Assembly (NCBI RefSeq): GCF_001194135.2
Contig: NC_069003.1
Location: forward strand, 29,349,675 to 29,389,618
Length of the DNA: 39,944 nt
Source of the DNA: Octopus bimaculoides
Lineage: Eukaryota
Direction of reading: 5' to 3'
A model generated the notes under the pieces. It was given only the letters and a program-made list of their open reading frames with translations, did no database searches and was not told the origin of the DNA. Made by a program: the position numbers and the translations under genes. Positions 23,594 to 35,950 of this stretch are shown here, piece after piece (the stretch's first letter is position 1; every line of letters starts with the position of its first letter).

Positions 23594-23793
23594 TTTCAAA
23601 TGCTGGCACAGGGCCAGCAGTTCGTGAGGGGAGGGAAGTCGATTAAATCCACTTCAGTACCTGATTGGTATATATCCAAAAGTAATGAAAGGCAAAGTCA
23701 ATCTCGGTGGCATTTGAACTTAGAACGCAGAGGCAAATGAAATCCCGATAAGCATCTTGTGTCGTTTGCTAAAGATTATGCTGGCTGATCAAC
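23594..23793 (-). mobile_element. SINE family B copy (1 of 3 in tandem)
   Basis: Aligns with 16445-16657. Confidence 0.85.
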
Positions 23794-23811
23794 ATGATAA
23801 TACAAATGATC

Positions 23812-24024
23812 CTTTTTTAATATAGGCCTTGCTAATAAAAGGCCTGAACTTTTGCAGGAGGCAGCTAGTCAATCACATGGACCACAATGTTCAACTGATT
23901 CTTATATTATCAACCCCGAAATGGTGAAAGGAATCGTCGACATCGGTGGAATTGGAACTCAGAGCATAAAGACAGGCAAAATGAGCTAAGCATTTTGTCC
24001 GGCGAATCTACCAGATTGCTGCCT
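23812..24024 (-). mobile_element. SINE family B copy (2 of 3)
   Basis: GTCGACATCGGTGGAATTGGAACTCAGAGCATAAAGACAGG...CTAAGCATTTTGTCCGGC. Confidence 0.8.
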
Positions 24025-24044
24025 GAATAACACGAATGATAGAA

Positions 24045-24143
24045 CCTTTCTACTACAGGCACAAGGCGTGAAATTTTAGGAGAGGCGAAATACCGCTAAG
24101 CGTTTCGCCCGGTGTGCTAAAGATTCTACCAGCTCGCCACCTT
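24045..24143 (-). mobile_element. SINE family B copy (3 of 3), central part deleted
   Basis: Tail GGCACAAGGCGTGAAATTTT is joined directly to head AAATACCGCTAAGCGTTTCGCCCGGTGTGCTAA...CCAGCTCGCCACC. Confidence 0.85.
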
Positions 24144-27100
24144 CTGCAAGAATAATAGTGATGACGACCATAGTTTATAGAAAACAAATTACTACGTCAA
24201 ATGAAATGTATACTTTCATGGGATTTAATTGCCATAGAACTCTTATTAAATTAATCTAAAATGTTTTTGAAGTCGAAGTTTTATTTCAGATTAATGTATT
24301 TATTAATGTATAATCAAATTTTGTGAAATTAGTATTAATATAACGATACGTGTTAAGCAAAATGTTTAATTTCTTTAAAGGTAAAATTAGAGTTCAAAGA
24401 CTACAATGAGTTATTGTTTTGTGGAAACAGGGTATAATTACAAGATCATAACTAAGAATAAGTCATTAATATTTGAACCACAATGCTTAATTGAAAGTCA
24501 CAATGTAAATATAATTGCAACAGTGAAGACATGTAAGCCATTCTAAAACACAAAACACTATTAAATTCACTTAAGCAATTACGGTTTGAACTCTAGTGTA
24601 AACATCTGCGTCGTTCGAAAGTGCGGCGTAGTTACTGGTTACTAAGTTCAGATTTGAGATGCATATAAACGAAAGCATCTGGAGAAAACTTCATCATATC
24701 AGAATGTATTCAGTTAATATAAAATATGAAGTTTGGATATTTTCATAGAATACTATATCAACAAAAACGTGCAATTAATTAATTTAAAACTGCAATGATT
24801 AAAAATAATTTAATCTATTAAAATGGGCTAAATTTCATGGGCTAAATTCGGGCGGAAATGGGCTAAAAATGGGCTAAATTTCATGAAAAGTATATAAGAG
24901 TTGAAGATGCGATTTAGGAAATTTAGATGTATTAGTTGAGCACAGCAGAAAATTATGAAAAAATATTCTAAACTTTAGAGCATTAGGATTATATAAACAA
25001 AATGTTCCATGTGTGTATGTGTGCGTGTTTTTGTGCGTGTTTGCGTATGTTTGCGCGCGTTTGTGTGTGCGTGTATATATATTATTTCGGGTGTGGTTTG
25101 AGTAACTGAACTTTAGTCTAAAATGATAATATTCCCGATCTTTGTATCTATATTCATTAGTTTTATACAATACACTACATTGCAGATCATGGTTTTCTTG
25201 CTATTTTTAAGGTTCCACATACAACCAGTTAGCGATGTTGCGTTTCATTGTATCTTCGCTATCTGACCATGTGTAGAAGGATTTTATCGATTGATAACTT
25301 TGATTATAAAACTACTAGCTATTTATCTCATACAGGCGTTGTTAGATTTGGTCATTATTATTCACCAATTATAGATGAAGTCCTTAGCAACATGATTTTA
25401 TCCTAGGAGGAAAATATAGGTTTTCCTACTTCTGAAATTTTCAGAATTATCATTGAATTCAATTTATCCATGATAGACAAAACGATATTTTGGGTGAACT
25501 CATTTATCGTTCAGTATGTTAGAATAAAAACATGTTTATTAAATATGATAAAATATAATATGTTAATGTAGAAAAGTAAAGATATATTAGATATTTGAAG
25601 GCAACTTTTCTTCACAAAATGATTATTTCCATATTCTTTGAAGAATTATACCTACAGATATACCTTTTGGATTGTTTTTGTTATTCTTAATTCAATCCTA
25701 AGGCATTATATTGAAAAACGTACCTATAAATCAATTCTTGCTAAATTCTCATTATCATACGGTGAACGATACTTAAAAGTTTGCTCGTTATAAGAAATAA
25801 TCTTTAACCCTAGGAAAACATTCCAAAGTAAACTCAGTTTTGTTTTCGGGTTAACTGATTGGCTGTTTATGCAGAATAATGTATATTTGGGAACATGGGA
25901 AGCATTTTATAAAACGTTTACAATCTTAAAATTTGCATTTAATAGTTAACTGAATTTGCGCTTGCGAGTTTCGAGGAATTCTTTATTTGCTGATCCACAT
26001 ACGTACATTAACGAAAATCATTCAATTTAGCTTCTACGCACAACAATATATAATATAGCTATAGCGCTTTGTTGTATTCATTTTCTAAAACACATTTTTT
26101 TTACGTACATTGGCGTTTTAATAAAAAGGATATTTTCATTACAGTTTCAAATGAATCCTTTTAATCTATTTGTTATTTTTGCAACTCTAAACTCAAACAA
26201 TTGTATGTGTTGTGCACGTTGCTCCTATTGTGCGCAAATAACTATCATATTTCTACTTCTTTTTTTTCCTTTTCTCATAGCCTACCCATGTCTTGAGTAT
26301 CGTCGTGTAGTCCAATGATTTAAACCAACGCCTGAATACATGTTCACGACTGTAACTGTAGTTGCGACTGTAAGCATTCGATTTCTTACCTCTACACATA
26401 ATTGAAATATTTTGAAGGCAAAGATTAAACATCATTTATTAAAATGCTTCACATTTCAATCACTCTCACGCAAATTCATTATATAGCTGATGTAGCTATC
26501 GCTTAGATGTTCACGATTCACAATCATTCTGACCTCAGCATATTTACTCTGCAGTCAAATTTTCTCAAATTCTTTTTTTATATTCAGAAAATAAAGTTAC
26601 ACTTATGTTGTACATGACTTTCTCTAGAAATCTTAAAGTCACATATCGTTGGACTGTTGCACAGGAATAAGCAAAGAGATGTGTACGGTTTTGGTATGTA
26701 TGCAAAGCTAATTACTTTAAGCAAAATATTGTACTTCCTAGTAAACACGAATAGCAATTACTTTTGAATTAATTCTCAGCTCACATGTCTTAAAATTACA
26801 AAACCCTATTCACCGTACATTCTAGATGCTGAAAAAATTGTCTGTATTTGACTAGAACCCCTGGTATGGTAACTTCACGTTTAAAGTCATCTTCGCTCAT
26901 CTACTGCATATTCTTATCAAGAAAACTCATGTAACATAATGTATCTTTCCTCTACATCTACACACAGACAGATATCCAATTCAAATTTAGAATTCACTGC
27001 TAGGATTACAAGTTTTATGCGATGACTTGTGTATTAGTTGCGATGTTATCTTTATAAAAGCATTCTTTGACAAGATTTAAATGCATAGACACAGTTTATC

Positions 27101-27319
27101 AGAAAGACACTTCCGCTGGTTGAATTGATCGCATTTTCGTCAACGGAATTGACTGAAATTTTATTCAAAAGACAGAAAGTTACAGTAAATCTCTAGCAGT
27201 TGAATAATCAATTAAGAATAATGGTAGCATATCAAAGAGAAAGGTGAACTAAAAAGAAATGCAGAAGAAACATTTCGCCACATTTCTAACAATACCCTTG
27301 ACAGGGTGATAATAAAATA

Positions 27320-27377
27320 ATAACAACAACAACAATCTCACAATTACAAAAACAATAACAACAACAACAACAACAAC

Positions 27378-27441
<64 letters not shown>

Positions 27442-27442
27442 G
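27320..27442. repeat. Compound (AAC)n(AAT)n microsatellite
   Basis: Direct reading. Confidence 0.95.
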
Positions 27443-29614
27443 TTAAATTGCTCAGAATCTACTCTCCAAAAACCACTTCCTCCCAAATCTATCCAACAAC
27501 ACGGGGGAATAAAAACAACAAATAAAACCTTACAAGAAATTGACAAAATGGTAGTTTTTAACCAAGTAATACTCAATAAAACTTATTTTTATTTTGCACA
27601 TTAAATGATGTATTACAAGTGATTGCAATCTCCAACATTCTCAGAACACATGTAATCATGATCTCCAAAGTGTGATTCATATCAACCAAACAACTGCCTC
27701 CGTCTATAAATATCGCACAGCAGAAATTAAGGAAAATTTAAGTGATAACCGCATTAATCAGCTCAGAAATAACATACAGAGTGTGCGAACGTTAAACTTA
27801 TTACACAAACCGTACGAAAAATTACACGTGAAAGTCTCTTTCACACCAGAAACGAGCGGGCCAGTACCGTGCGATAATGATGACAGACTGAATATAGGAC
27901 CGGGCGTTAATTTTTCAGGTGTTGCAAATAAAATGATTTTTAAAAAGACAGTTGATACGAGAGGAATATGTCTTTATCGTACAAGTTTAATTTACAGCAA
28001 TATTCTACACATAAAACGAAAATACTACAGCATACTCATGTAAATCTGGAAAGATAATAGTGATGTGGATAAGTCGATGTGAAGCTCGATAAACTAGCTA
28101 ATATAAGAAGATACATTCTCAAAATGAAAAAGATAACGGAAGCTGAAATACAGAATTAAGAAGAAAAATACCTCACAAAAGCACTAGTGGTGCCCATAGA
28201 ATGACAAACAATAAAATGAACACTGACAATGTAAATCACGAAGATAAACATAATACGTGCAACAAAACAAAGTAAATAACGAAACATAAATTATTCAGGC
28301 CATAAAACTTAGAAGAAATACAAAAATCGTGTATTTCGGCGTTAATTATCCAAAAGACTTACTGAGATTCAAAGTGAAATTGTAAGGAAATTTTGCGTTA
28401 CTGACCAATTTACGTGTCGGTCATTTTATGTCGAAATCTCTAGCAGATAAACCGGGAAGAGTCATAGTAACATCTGCATGAGAGAAGTTGAAGGTTTGGA
28501 AAAAAATAAGTACTGTCAAAATGAAAGAAAAACAGGAAACAAGAACGAAAAATATGGGAACAGAAAACGAATTAATGATAGAAGAGGACTTGAGGAATTG
28601 CAATAAATGAACGACAAATTTATACATCACTTTGAATCAATTATGGGATAGCGTATGTCCTATTCTCACACTCGGTGGTCAAATTTACTTATATCTCTAT
28701 ATTCTTCCGCACATGAATATGAATATGCTTACTTACCAAAAGCAACACACCTCTATATTTATGCCTACGTATAACATTCTATATGCAAGAATAAATTCTA
28801 AACAATAAAATAACCCCAAAAATTAGTCAATAAATTTTTTTCCAAACAGAATCTACATTAAAACCCACATAAAATAAATTGAATTACCACTCTATTTGAA
28901 TCCACTTGTATACAGTCGATTTTGACTGAACAGAGACTAAAACAGCGTATGTACTGATATAGTTGTATATATATATATATATATATATATNNNNNNNNNN
29001 NNNNNNNNNNNNNNNNNNNNNNNNNNNNNNNNNNNNNNNNNNNNNNNNNNNNNNNNNNNNNNNNNNNNNNNNNNNNNNNNNNNNNNNNNNNNNNNNNNNN
29101 NNNNNNNNNNNNNNNNNNNNNNNNNNNNNNNNNNNNNNNNNNNNNNNNNNNNNNNNNNNNNNNNNNNNNNNNNNNNNNNNNNNNNNNNNNNNNNNNNNNN
29201 NNNNNNNNNNNNNNNNNNNNNNNNNNNNNNNNNNNNNNNNNNNNNNNNNNNNNNNNNNNNNNNNNNNNNNNNNNNNNNNNNNNNNNNNNNNNNNNNNNNN
29301 NNNNNNNNNNNNNNNNNNNNNNNNNNNNNNNNNNNNNNNNNNNNNNNNNNNNNNNNNNNNNNNNNNNNNNNNNNNNNNNNNNNNNNNNNNNNNNNNNNNN
29401 NNNNNNNNNNNNNNNNNNNNNNNNNNNNNNNNNNNNNNNNNNNNNNNNNNNNNNNNNNNNNNNNNNNNNNNNNNNNNNNNNNNNNNNNNNNNNNNNNNNN
29501 NNNNNNNNNNNNNNNNNNNNNNNNNNNNNNNNNNNNNNNNNNNNNNNNNNNNNNNNNNNNNNNNNNNNNNNNNNNNNNNNNNNNNNNNNNNNNNNNNNNN
29601 NNNNNNNNNNNNNN

Positions 29615-29663
<49 letters not shown>

Positions 29664-30675
29664 GCTACAGTGGTCTTCAGGAAAATAGTCTGACTCATAT
29701 AAAATGTGAAGATATAAGGTAGAAACTCCATTGACGACCGTTTAATTTTTACTGTTCGCTTAACACTATCGCAAGAACACAATACTAATGCGTAGCCATT
29801 TACTTTCTTATTCAAACTGCTAGAAAGAAGACACAAACCTCCCCATATAACACGCTCCCATCTTGGTAAATAAAAACGGCGGACAGTAAATAATGTTCTT
29901 CCTGTAAATAAAAAACCTGTGACGATCACTGATTCAATGCGCTTCATTATAGGTCTGTTTGATTAAATCCTAAGTTGGGTTGCTAAACAAAAACAAGAAA
30001 TATTTTAGCAACATTCTAATATGGGTTACTGATGTCTTACAATCAATTTCGATGTCAATAATCTTTATTTTATGCTTTCGTTTATCAAACAGCGGTAATT
30101 TGTTGAATTTTTAATAAATTTATTAACATATACAATTAAGCATCGCTATTCTCTGGTAATACCTTCAAAAATCGAAGCTGAAATTATTCAAATGTAAGGA
30201 ATTCTAACAAGAATTTAATTTCCTTTGCAATCCTTGTTCGTTTGAAATAAATTCAATAAACATTTAGATGTTGTCAAAGGTTACATTTTCAATTATTTTC
30301 CCTTCAAAACAAGCATAATGATGTTTTTAAAAAAAATACACTTTGAAAAATAGCAATCTCGCTTTATTCGTAGTATTTATTAAATTTTTCAAAAATTAAA
30401 AACATGAAATAAGGTTAATAAAAAACCTAACACAATGCATATTGATGTAAAGGAAATAATCTTGACAATAGAAGCTTCCGAAAATTTAGATTTTAGAATA
30501 TTTCAATGAGGCGATGGTTGTTATTTAATCTCAGAAAGCCAATATGTCAATCATACATTTGTTAAACCTTCATTACATTAAAATTCAGCGAACAACAAAC
30601 TGAGATATCAGATAAACACCATAAATTTGTACTTGAGACAATCTTAGAATAGTTATAAAGGTTTACTGCATAAAA

Positions 30676-31013
30676 TCTGTATACATAAATGTGTAATGGT
30701 GTCTGTCTTTGTGTGTGTTCGGAGTTATTCTAACTCCTCCCACACTATTCAGCCGATTTTAATGCTTTTTTGGCACATAGGTAGATCACATGCCCTGAAG
30801 TGCAAATAAGGTCGGGATTTTTCGAAAACTCGATAATGAAATTTGAGATTTAGTTAAATTTTGTGGTAGGGGAGACGGTAAAGGTTTTAATTTAATTCCA
30901 GATCTGGTATCAACTGATGGACATGAACTATAATCACGTGTAAAATTTCAACGGTCAGAGGCGGGCTTAACTTGAACACTGAAAACACGAGCTACGCCGG
31001 ATCCAACAGCTAG
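30676..31013 (+). mobile_element. Non-autonomous Helitron-like element (338 bp)
   Basis: A|TC 5' junction (30675/30676), TG-rich microsatellite-like segment near the 5' end, and a 3' end ACGAGCTACGCCGGATCCAACAG-CTAG|T (31010-31013). No TSD, consistent with Helitron A-T insertion. Confidence 0.65.
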
Positions 31014-31184
31014 TTTAATACTTTTTTTTGTTTGTTTGTTTTTTTTTTGCTTGGCATAGAGATTCTATGCTGTCGCTCATAAACTTACTGTATATTGCAT
31101 CGTGCCCGGCTATGTGTGTCTCTATGTCTTTGCGTATGTATTCGCACTGCACAACAGTATGACAGCTTCTGACTGTTTGCTTAC

Positions 31185-31297
31185 CTCCTGATAGCTTCAC
31201 GGTGCAACAAAAATGAGGACGCGGGAATAAGCAACAGGTTTTTTGAAAATTCGCACTAGTGTTGCTATCTTCTGATAAATCCAAAATGGCCGCCGTC
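31185..31297 (-). other. Candidate internal exon (113 nt) of an unidentified gene
   Basis: Acceptor TTTTTATATTTTACTTGTTTCAATCGCAG and donor GAG|GTAAGC; one frame is open (TAAILDLSEDSNTSANFQKTCCLFPRPHFCCTVKLSG). No family recognised. Confidence 0.35.
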
Positions 31298-32405
31298 CTG
31301 CGATTGAAACAAGTAAAATATAAAAAAGATAAAAACGTGTATGCAGATGGCTATTCACAATCGTTATTGATACAAGTTCTAAGCCCTCTCCGTGCCCTCT
31401 CCGTGTTTGTACGGAACGTTAAATAATTGCCATATCATACAGGAGAAAAAAAAGACTGTACTAAACTGTGGTAATATGCAAACAGATAAAATTAATAGCA
31501 CCAAAGTGATACGGCGTCTACATCAAATGATGTACAACAATGCATTTTATTATTTAGGTTCTTCTTTCCAAATACTGACTCGATTATCTTTACTTTTCAT
31601 CTCGGTGGGATCCACAGAGTAATTACCACGTATGTGTATCAGTTCCTTTCAATTGTATTTATGGTTCCCAACAAATATGTGACTTTATGTGACTGTGATG
31701 CTGGAGATATCACATACCATTCAATATCACATACCATTCAATATCACGGTCTGAAACACGTTGAAAGGAAAAGTATGCCTTAGATTGAAAATTGTTAATC
31801 ATGCAGTATACATTACAAAGGATGTTCGGAAGTTTGTGTTCTGAATATTAATCTATGTTATCTAATAACTACACAAAGTATATTTCATCAATATATCTCG
31901 GTTTTATTTTAAAAACTAACATGCAAGTAAAACTATGAAAATTACACATTACAGCGAAAACATACGCGTCGCAATCTGCTATTTTTTTCTTTTCATATCA
32001 AATGAGACCTGTTTATGAATAATTTATCCAATATCGATACCAGGAACCCAATGTAAATTTATAACAAAAACTGAATGATGCATTTTGAATTTTGTTTTAT
32101 AATCTTTTCGAAGTTTCTCGAATGTAAATTTTATGCCAAAATTTATGGCTCCTTAATATCCAAAATTCTCTAGAAAATATATTTTTTTAATGCACATCTA
32201 TTAGTTTTCTAATAAACTGATTGTATATCACAGAATAGAATAACAAACATATTTTCACGAAATTTATGCCGTAACATGGGGAGTGGAATTGATATTTTTC
32301 TTTCATTTATTTCATTTCATTATACAAAAATTATAATATACATACATACAAGTGTGTGTGTTAGTACATAAGTACATATCTCGGTCAAGCACTCTCCCTA
32401 CACAA

Positions 32406-32437
<32 letters not shown>

Positions 32438-32447
32438 NNNNNNNNNN

Positions 32448-32506
<59 letters not shown>

Positions 32507-33188
32507 GGATCAATTAATCTTTTAGGTATAATAAACTGAGTATCAATACCCATTAAATTAAAATTATTAATACACATGGTAAATAACTCTTTCAAATTAA
32601 ATACATCAATAAATCATAAGGATATCGCGGATAACTTGCACGAACTCAAATAAATAAAAATCTAGATATTGATAACCCCATAGAAATTCTCAAAACCCAT
32701 CTTTCTCTCTCGCTATTTCTCTATTTTCATATATTGCACTACATTTCGCACTATATTTGGCACTACGTTTTCTAGTATGTCCTTCCTTTCCAAACTGAGA
32801 GCATAACATTTCAAAGAAGTTTCCAGACCAATGTTAGCATGTCGATACAATAAATTTACTCTTTTCATTGACCAATTTTATAAAATAAGATTTATACTAT
32901 CTTCGTAATTTACTTCACTGCCTTAAATTGCACATCTTCTCACATTCATTACAAAGGAAGAACACAAATGATATTTAACAATACTGCTTGTTATTAATGA
33001 TCCTTATTGATGCCACCAACATGTACAGTAAGCAGTAACAACACATTACGACGCAAATATGATAATGCCATAATATATCCTTATATACTATACAAACAAC
33101 GTCAATAATATGATTCATTATTTTGTTTCCTGTGCATACATACATATACACACGCACACACACATACACATATATGTATGCATGTATG

Positions 33189-33219
<31 letters not shown>

Positions 33220-34819
33220 TATTACCTTTTGGAATGATAATTTTTTCCTTGGTAAATAAACACATGCACTATACATTCATTCTTTACTCGTGTAATATAT
33301 TTCTTACTTTTATCTTATGTCCGTTGAACGAATATATAGCACGTGTGTTTATTTGGCAAACAAATGGCGATCCCGAAATATAACAATGTCAGTTTCAACA
33401 CACGGTTTCACATCAAGAATTTTGCAACACAAATTCATAAACGTATGTATGTATGTATGTATGTACGTATATATATATATATAGATAGATAAAGGTGAGA
33501 TATAAGAGGTGAGGTTTTTCCGTGAAATATTTTTTCAGTTGTTTCTTCAATTGAACCACCAGCCTCATTGATCTAGCATGTGTGCTACGCTGACACATCA
33601 ATCCCAACATAAACTCAGGAATAAGCAGCATGAGAATGTGACAAGGTACAATCAATCAGAATAAATTCCAAATTGTTTCCATCTACCCAATTTCATTCCC
33701 AGAGTAATGCCATGCAGTTACCGTCTACCCAGATTCCCTCACAGCACCCGTGTCTACGCGAGTTTAGTGTAGCTGACTATTCTCTCAAATGCCATTGGTT
33801 CCTTTCAACAAGTGACACCAACAGGTACAGTTCGACATTCTCCTGCATTGTCCCGGTTGCTTAAAGTTCGACCCAATTTATCATCACATTACGAAAATAA
33901 AATCATGATCGAGAACGATGCAAAAGAATTCCGGAGTTTACTGTGTGAAGGATTAATCATGATAATTATTCAAGAAAAATTACTGCTCATAATTTTTTCC
34001 GTAGTTTGATGTTAATTCATTCAGATGGCAATTTCTTTAGATAGATTAAGAAACAAATATTCTGATGAAAAATTAATTCTATATGTTGAACGATAGAGAA
34101 AAAAATTATTATTCTGAATGAATTATCATTCTGAATGAATTCCCCGATCGAATCTCGAATAAAATTTGTGTGAGAAATGATAGCATTTCCTAGATGTTAA
34201 TTCTTTTGTATTTTTCTGAATGAATAATTAATACACTTCTCGGAAAGTTCAGTAAACATCCCGTTTTATAAGGGTATATTTGTTTATTTTACAAATATGA
34301 AGGTTTTCCTACAACGAAGAATTATCGATGATGGGATAGGATGTAATGTGCATGGGTTTCGAGTTGATAGATTTAATCAGAATAATATAAAATCATTATC
34401 TGTTGTAGAAACCTTCGAAATTAGATATGGAAAGGAACTCATTTGAAGATTTATTATGAGTAAATATTGATTGTATGGATTAACGAAGGAAATTAGAATT
34501 TAACTTTAATTAGTTTACCAATTTATTACTACATGCGTGCCACTGAATTTTCATGATGTAAAGTTAAGGAATCTTAGTTTTATTACTTGCATAAAAGATG
34601 ATGGAAGGATATAACAGATTTTCACCCAGTTCATATGTATTTTTCATCTCACACATTTTTCTATTTCTTTTCCACACAATTGCAAGTTCTACTTGCTGAG
34701 ATTTGGCAGGCCATTAAAATAAACATATCTGATTTTTCATTTCCAAAATCAAATAAATTCATCTGGGAAAAAATATTTACATAGGTTATAGTTATCACTA
34801 CGACAATGCTGTTCACAAT

Positions 34820-35270
34820 GCCATACCAGTCTAAAAATGCTCTTCTCATTGTATTTACCGTACCAATTTTAAATTCTCTTGCATTCCTTGCAGGAATGGT
34901 AAGCTAGATATCATCCTCACTTGTTTTCCGTTCCTTTTTTTCATCATTGCTAAGGCTCCTTCAATAGTTGGTATTATAGTCGCCTTAATATGACACATTT
35001 TCCCGATTTCAGTGATCAAATCTTTATATTTACTGAGGTTCTGAAATTCTTTTCGCCGAAATGTCATGATCACAAGTGATACACATCAGCAAAGAAACGT
35101 TAGTATATTGGTCTTTTGCAAAATACTGTCGCAAAAACATCCGGTTTATTAGCTTTGATGGCTCTGTCTGTATATACTGGTAAGTCACAAAGAATCGATA
35201 CATTTTCTCCGTGTTTAGAGACTCAGGATGATGCTTATACTACTTGTCAACTGTTTTGATTTGTAATGCC
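34820..35270 (-). mobile_element. R4/Dong-like non-LTR retrotransposon 3' fragment (restriction-like endonuclease domain), decayed
   Basis: YKHHPES..GENVSILCDLPVYTDRAIKANKPDV..KDQ..LL...CDHDISAKEFQNLSKYKDLITEIGKMCHIKATIIPTIEGAL..MKK...LQGMQ..IGTVNTMRRAF, which follows the PD..D REL pattern. Confidence 0.85.
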
Positions 35271-35278
35271 GATATATT

Positions 35279-35443
35279 CGTTTCTACTTTAGGCACAAGG
35301 CCCGAAATTTTGGCGGTGAGGCCAGTCGATAAGATCGACCGCAGTACGCAACTGGTACTTAACTTATCGACACCGAAACGATGTGAAGCAAAGTTGACCT
35401 CGGCGGAATTTTAACTCGGAACGAAATACCACTAAGCATTTCG
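35279..35443 (-). mobile_element. SINE family B copy lacking its 5' head
   Basis: Aligns to 7292-7470 and 16445-16620; stops at CTAAGCATTTCG, where (ATT)n begins. Confidence 0.88.
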
Positions 35444-35444
35444 C

Positions 35445-35448
35445 ATTA

Positions 35449-35495
<47 letters not shown>
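35445..35495. repeat. (ATT)n/(TAA)n microsatellite
   Basis: Direct reading. Confidence 0.97.
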
Positions 35496-35950
35496 GAAGA
35501 CGTCTAACAGTACTCAACATTGTGATGATGTACATTGGAGGTATTGTGTGTACCGGGGTTTTTTACCGTCTGTAAAGTCATAAGCACCTCAGTCAGTACT
35601 TTACGCAGTATGCGTGCAGTTCCAAGTAAAGTACATTTTTTGCAGTAGACCAAAATTGTGGAGCATTTCTAAAGTGTCAAGATGTTTCTTCATGTTGAGT
35701 GGTATTGAACCCATCGCTCCGATGACAACAAGAACAACCTTTATGCTTGACTGTCGCAGGTGTCACATTTTGGTGATCCTAATTCCCAGGTCTCCACTTT
35801 TGTCGACCTTTCTTTTTTTGTCGAATATTAGGCGCTTTAGTTTTTCCCGCCTAAGGATTCCTATACCCGGTCTTCGGCGCTCGAACACCTTATCTTTATT
35901 ATGATTGTTACATATTTTGTTACTGCTTTGGTATATTAGATATTTAAGCA
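35496..35950 (-). mobile_element. Second R4/Dong-like LINE 3' end (REL domain and 3' UTR), terminating at (TAA)n
   Basis: DKVFERRRPGIGI..KVDKSGDLGIRITKM*HLRQSSIKVVLVVIGAMGSIPLNMKKHLDTL..LQK-TLLGTARILRKVL, then about 90 nt of UTR running into TAATAATAA. Confidence 0.85.

Noticed and set aside
26281-26369. Plus-strand exon candidate with a strong acceptor and GTAAGC donor
   Set aside because: Stops in all three frames; could only be non-coding, and there is no independent support.
27672-28043. 123-aa ORF in unique sequence
   Set aside because: GTG start, no recognisable motif, no convincing splice sites and AT-rich codon content; compatible with chance.
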